Below, in pieces: positions 59,431 through 64,000 of a DNA stretch of 64,000 nt (its first letter is position 1; each line of letters opens with the position of its first letter). The notes under the pieces were generated by a model that saw only the letters and a program-made list of their open reading frames with translations, did no database searches and had not been told where the DNA came from. Position numbers and translations under genes: made by a program. The stretch comes from Eledone cirrhosa (Eukaryota): positions 24,180,001 through 24,244,000 of the forward strand of contig OZ024751.1 in NCBI GenBank assembly GCA_964016885.1, given 5' to 3'.

Positions 59431-61030
59431 CATCATCACCATCACCATCACCATCACAATCACCACTATCATCATCACCATCACCATCATCACCACCATC
59501 ATCACCATCACCATCACCATCATCATCACCATCATCACCATCACCATCACCATCATCATCACCATCATTACCATCGCCATCATCACCATCACCATCACCA
59601 TCACCATCATCATCACCATCATCACCATCACCATCACCATCATCATCACCATCATCACCATCACCATCACCATCATCATCACCATCATTACCATCACCAT
59701 CATCACTATCACCACTATCATCACCATCACCACTATCATCATCACCATCACCACTATCATCATCACCATCACCATCACCACTACCATCATCACCACTATC
59801 ATCATCACCATCACCATCATCATCACCACCATCATCACCATCACCATCATCATCACCATCATCACCATCACCATCACCATCATCATCACCATCATCACCA
59901 TCACCATCACCACTATCATCACCATCACCACTATCATCATCACCATCACCACTACCATCATCACCATCACCATCATCATCACCACCATCATCACCATCAC
60001 CATCACCATCATCATCACCATCATCACCATCACCATCACCATCACCATCACCATCACCATCATCACCATCACCACTATCATCACTATCACCACTATCATC
60101 ACCATCACCATTATCATCATCACCATCACCACTATCATCATCACCATCACCATCACCACTACCATCATCACCATCACCATCACCATCACCATCACTATCA
60201 CCATCATCATCACCACTATCATCATCACCATCACCATCACCACTACCATCATCACCATCACCATCACCATCACCATCACTATCACCATCATCATCACCAC
60301 TATCATCATCACCATCACCATCATCACCATCATCATCACCACTATCATCACCATCACCACTATCACCATCATCATCACCACCATCATCACCATCACCATC
60401 ACCATCATCATCACCATCATCACCATCACCATCACCATCATCATCACCATCATTACCATCACCATCACCATCACCATCATCACCATCACCACTATCATCA
60501 CTATCACCACTATCATCACCATCACCATTATCATCATCACCATCACCATTATCATCATCACCATCACCACCATCATCATCACCATCACCACTATCATCAT
60601 CAACATCACCATCACCATCACCACTATCATCACCATCACCACTATCATTATCACCATCACTATCATCATCACCATAACCATCACCACTTACATCATCACC
60701 ATCACCACTATCATCACCATCACCACTATCATCATCACCATCACCATCATCATCATCACCATCACCACTATAATCATCACCACTATCATCACCATCATCG
60801 TCGATATGATAATGATGATCATCATCATCGCCACTATTATCATCATCATCATCACTGTCACCACCATCAACACCATCACCATCATCATCATCTCCACTAT
60901 TATCATCATCATCAGCATCACTGTCACCACCATCAACATCTTCACCATTATCATCGCCATTATCATTACCATCATCATCATCACCATTATCATCATTATC
61001 ATCATCATTGTCTTCATCATCGTTGTCATT
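59431..61030. repeat. ~1.6-kb compound trinucleotide repeat (CAT/CAC/TAT)
   Basis: Direct reading; source of the 561-619-aa poly-His, Ile-Thr and Met-Val ORFs. Confidence 0.95.
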
Positions 61031-61075
61031 TGTATCATCTTCCCCCTCTATATCATCGTTGTTGTCTCAGCCATG

Positions 61076-61203
61076 CTACCATGTTTGCACACTCCGTAAC
61101 GTTTGCTGTAAAATACTCAACCATTTCACCTTCTCCATGTGACTCTCTGTACAACAGTAGATCCGATTTGAAGGACTTTTCAGTTGAAATGCATTGCATA
61201 CAT
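61076..61203 (-). CDS. Terminal coding exon: C-terminal part of a PH domain, ECT2L-like DH-PH RhoGEF
   Basis: Acceptor ataatttacAG, phase 1, 128 nt: (Y/D)VCNAFQLKSPSNRIYCCTESHMEKVKWLSILQQTLRSVQTW*. Fits PH strands 6-7 plus the helix with invariant Trp, and resembles the recalled ECT2L C-terminus. Upstream exons would lie beyond 64000. Confidence 0.75.
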
Positions 61204-61272
61204 CTGTAAATTATAAACATACAATTTTATAAACATACAAATGTTTCTGATTTATATAGTGCATTATAAATA

Positions 61273-61761
61273 CTAGCAGAAAAGCCACCCTTCGGGTGGT
61301 TTTCTGCTAGTATATACAAGTGTAGTGTGTATATTGATATTATACGGAGGTATATATACATGTAGATATGATACATGAAATAAAATCGTAATTGACAATA
61401 TACACAGAAATTGAACGAAGACTGTGTTACACTGTCTTATGTAATCAGTAATGTAATCCATGATACATTAAAAAAAAGACGATATTATATATAAACTGAA
61501 TTAGGAGAAAATTAGTGACAGAAAATTAATATGTTTATTTAAGCGATCGCCAACGGGAGGTGTTGACATTTGAAAATTTTAAAGAAGTGAATCTTTAAAT
61601 AAATAATAAAATATATTTAATGAACAGCCACGAAATTTAGTAGATAAATTATGTAATATTCATTCATTATTCATTCAAAGTAAAACAACTTATTTTACTA
61701 ATAGGATAAAAAATTATAAACTGTAAGCAGTCCCACGCTCCTTACTTTGTTATAATTTAGA
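61273..61761 (-). mobile_element. Full-length non-autonomous Helitron (~490 bp)
   Basis: Minus strand A|TCTAAATTATAAC...hairpin ccacccgaagggtgg-cttttctg-CTAG|T. Confidence 0.75.
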
Positions 61762-61764
61762 TAA

Positions 61765-62058
61765 AGGCGGTGGGTTGGCTGTATCGGTAGAAGGTTGGAC
61801 ACTATGCTTTGCAGTATAGAGTTATGCCCCTCTATGGTGTGAGTTCAAATCCTGCCAAGGTTAAGTTTGCCTTTCATCCTTACGGGGTCGATAAAATAAA
61901 GTACCAGTAATGTACTGGGATCGATTTAATCAACTTTCCCCATCCTCCCAAATTGCTTGCTTTGTGCCTATAAAAGAAACCACTATCATAAAATAAAGTA
62001 CCAGTAATGTACTGAGATAATTACTGGCCTTGTGCCAAAAGTAGAAACAATTATTATT
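61765..62058 (+). mobile_element. Family-1 SINE plus an extra 3' fragment
   Basis: Consensus match. Confidence 0.85.
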
Positions 62059-62060
62059 AT

Positions 62061-62380
62061 TCCTCTTCAGCGAAGCCCCGATTAACTTTTTCAGATTTCA
62101 CTTGAAGAGGAAAATCAAGAAGGAGAGGGAAGTGCTGCCTTGCAACAAGTTTGTTGAAAAGTGGGCGAGAGTGGAAAGCATGGTCCTTGTGAATGGGCCT
62201 GCCTCGGGCATACGCTTGTACATTGGAGAAGAAAAACTTGGAAAGGGCACTTTACCCTAGCAGACAAGGTGAACGTCGCCTTTGTGGGATTTCTAAATGA
62301 GTAACCCTTAGAGTCTCCTCTCCTTTGGAGAATTTGTTATGTTTGTTTTAAATGTTTATTTTCTTAGCCTGTTTCTGATC
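62061..62380 (+). mobile_element. Probable 3' fragment of an L1/Tx1-like LINE
   Basis: Translates ..PINFFRFHLKRKIKKEREVLPCNKFVEKWARVESM.., resembling Tx1-type ORF2 C-termini (recalled, not verified). Confidence 0.4.
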
Positions 62381-62455
62381 TTACAGGGTGCTAATTTGAA
62401 AGCAAGAGACTGAGGGACTCTTAGTTGCTGCATGTGACCAATCTCTAAACACTGT

Positions 62456-62884
62456 GACAACTCACCGAGAAATCACTGCCAACAGACCAGATATCATCAT
62501 AAAAAAAACAAAGCAGATCGGACATGTAGCCTTATAGATATATTCATACCAGCTGACAAGAATACATCTGTAAAAATAATGAAAAAAACTGTCAAAATAC
62601 AAAGACCTGGAAATAAAGATCAACCACATGTGGTGGATGACCACAAACACTATCCCTGTAGTTATAGGAGCTTTAGGGTTAATACCCAAATCATCAGACC
62701 AGCACCTTAGCATCCTTCCTTGTAAGATCAGCAAATATGAGCTACAGAAGATCGGGCTACTAGAAACAGCACACATTCTCAGACGAGTTCTCTCTCTACA
62801 ATGAAAACATCTATAGCTCTAGGTTCAAGGCCTGAACCTGGTAATAGAGAAACAAAACTGATCTAAACAACAACAACAATAATG

Positions 62885-62926
<42 letters not shown>
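62456..62926 (+). mobile_element. Dong/R4-clade LINE 3' fragment (restriction-like endonuclease), frameshifted
   Basis: REITANRPDIII..IDIFIPADKN..KLSKYKDLEIKINHMW..IPVVIGALGLIPK..ELQKIGLLETAHILRRVLSLQ*, followed by (AAC)n/(AAT)n. Confidence 0.85.
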
Positions 62927-62930
<4 letters not shown>

Positions 62931-63612
62931 TAGATGCAAATAGACCTGATATAATATTGAAGGACTTTAAAAAGAGGGTATCCCTGCTAATTGATATGTC
63001 CGTTCCAATAGACAAGAATGTATCTATAAAAACATTTGAAAAATTGAGCAAGTATAAGGACCTGGAGATAGAAATTGGAAAAATGTGGAAATTGAAAACT
63101 AAAACAATACCTAAGGGGTCTAATGATTACTTATCGCAAATCCCAGGAAACCTGCGTATAGGAGAAATACAAAAGATAGTACTAATGGGAACTGCCCATA
63201 TACTAAGGAAGATTCTGTCAATATAAGTACATCACAAGTCTAAACACTAAAGATGCATGTGTGAGTATGTATGTTCTTTCTTGAACATGGCGGACCTTGT
63301 TGTCTCTTGAGATCACTGGTTGTGACTTGGTGATAACTCGTATGAACATAAAGCAAGATAAATGCAGCTGTAATAATAATAATAATAAGATTCTGTCAAT
63401 ATAATTACATCACAGATTCTGTCAATATAAGTACATCACAAGTCTAAACACCTAAAGATGCATGTGTGAGTATGTATGTTCTTTCTTGAACATGGCGGAC
63501 CTTGTTGTCTCTTGAGGTCACTGGTTGTGACTTGGTGATAACTCGTGTGAACATAAAGCAAGATAAATGCAGCTGTAATAATAATAATAATAATAATATA
63601 ATAATAATAATA
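62927..63612 (+). mobile_element. Second Dong/R4 3' fragment with duplicated 3' UTR, each copy ending in (TAA)n
   Basis: IDANRPDIILKD..LIDMSVPIDKN..EKLSKYKDLEIEIGKMW..IQKIVLMGTAHILRKILSI* (stop at 63226). UTR repeated at ~63389-63612. Confidence 0.9.
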
Positions 63613-64000
63613 ACAACAAGGAGAAAGAGCAGCCTTCATGAAAAATCCCTTCATAGTACCTTCTATAAGAAAACTGAATTTAGAGATCCACAGACATGGA
63701 ACTGGTTAAAAAGAGGAAACCTTAAAAAAGCTACAGAAGGAATGCTAATGGCTGCGCAAGAGCAGGCCCTCAGAACGAAGTGGATGAAACACCATATTTA
63801 CAAGGTGGAGGCTAGCCCACTGTGTAGGATCTGTGGAGAGAGAGAAGCGACTCTGGCTCACATTGTATCCGAGTGTAAACATCTAGCCCAGACTCACTAT
63901 AAAGGCTGGAGACATGATGTGATGGACAGGCTGATCCACTGGCACCTATGCAAAGTAAACAATTTACCACATTCTGAGAAGTGGTATGAGCATAAGCCAG
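63613..64000 (+). mobile_element. Third Dong/R4 fragment (CCHC zinc-knuckle region), runs off the window
   Basis: Open frame EKSLHSTFY..WNWLKRGNLKKATEGMLMAAQEQALRTK..CRICGEREATLAHIVSECKHLAQTHYKGWRHD..IHWHLC..KWYEHKP. Confidence 0.9.

Noticed and set aside
58828-61209. Long ORFs of 561-619 aa (poly-His, Ile/Thr, Met/Val)
   Set aside because: Stop-free frames of a trinucleotide microsatellite on both strands; no protein-like complexity.

Overview
AT-rich, microsatellite-saturated animal DNA, mostly non-coding. The SINE types and repeat content suggest an octopus or other cephalopod genome (inference). Almost all ORFs in the supplied track are microsatellite read-through. The one convincing host coding sequence is a minus-strand terminal exon (61076-61203) encoding the C-terminal part of a PH domain (ECT2L-like DH-PH RhoGEF). 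The rest is a transposon patchwork: two tRNA-derived SINE families, three internally deleted Tc1/mariner elements, three non-autonomous Helitron copies, an RTE-like remnant, stacked Dong/R4 LINE 3' ends and two 5'-truncated Penelope-like (PLE) endonuclease fragments. The main signal is about 20 minimal type-I hammerhead ribozyme (HHR) motifs, recognised by eye, from several unrelated short element families. They sit in or next to (TA)n tracts, often as fold-back palindromes. The best case is a young 591-bp tandem, circularly permuted unit with one intact-looking HHR per unit (4700-5651 and 32459-33362), a candidate retrozyme or circular-RNA retroelement. At the second locus the forward copy starts 4 nt after the predicted self-cleavage site. 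All structures and coordinates were derived manually; no searches or folding programs were run.
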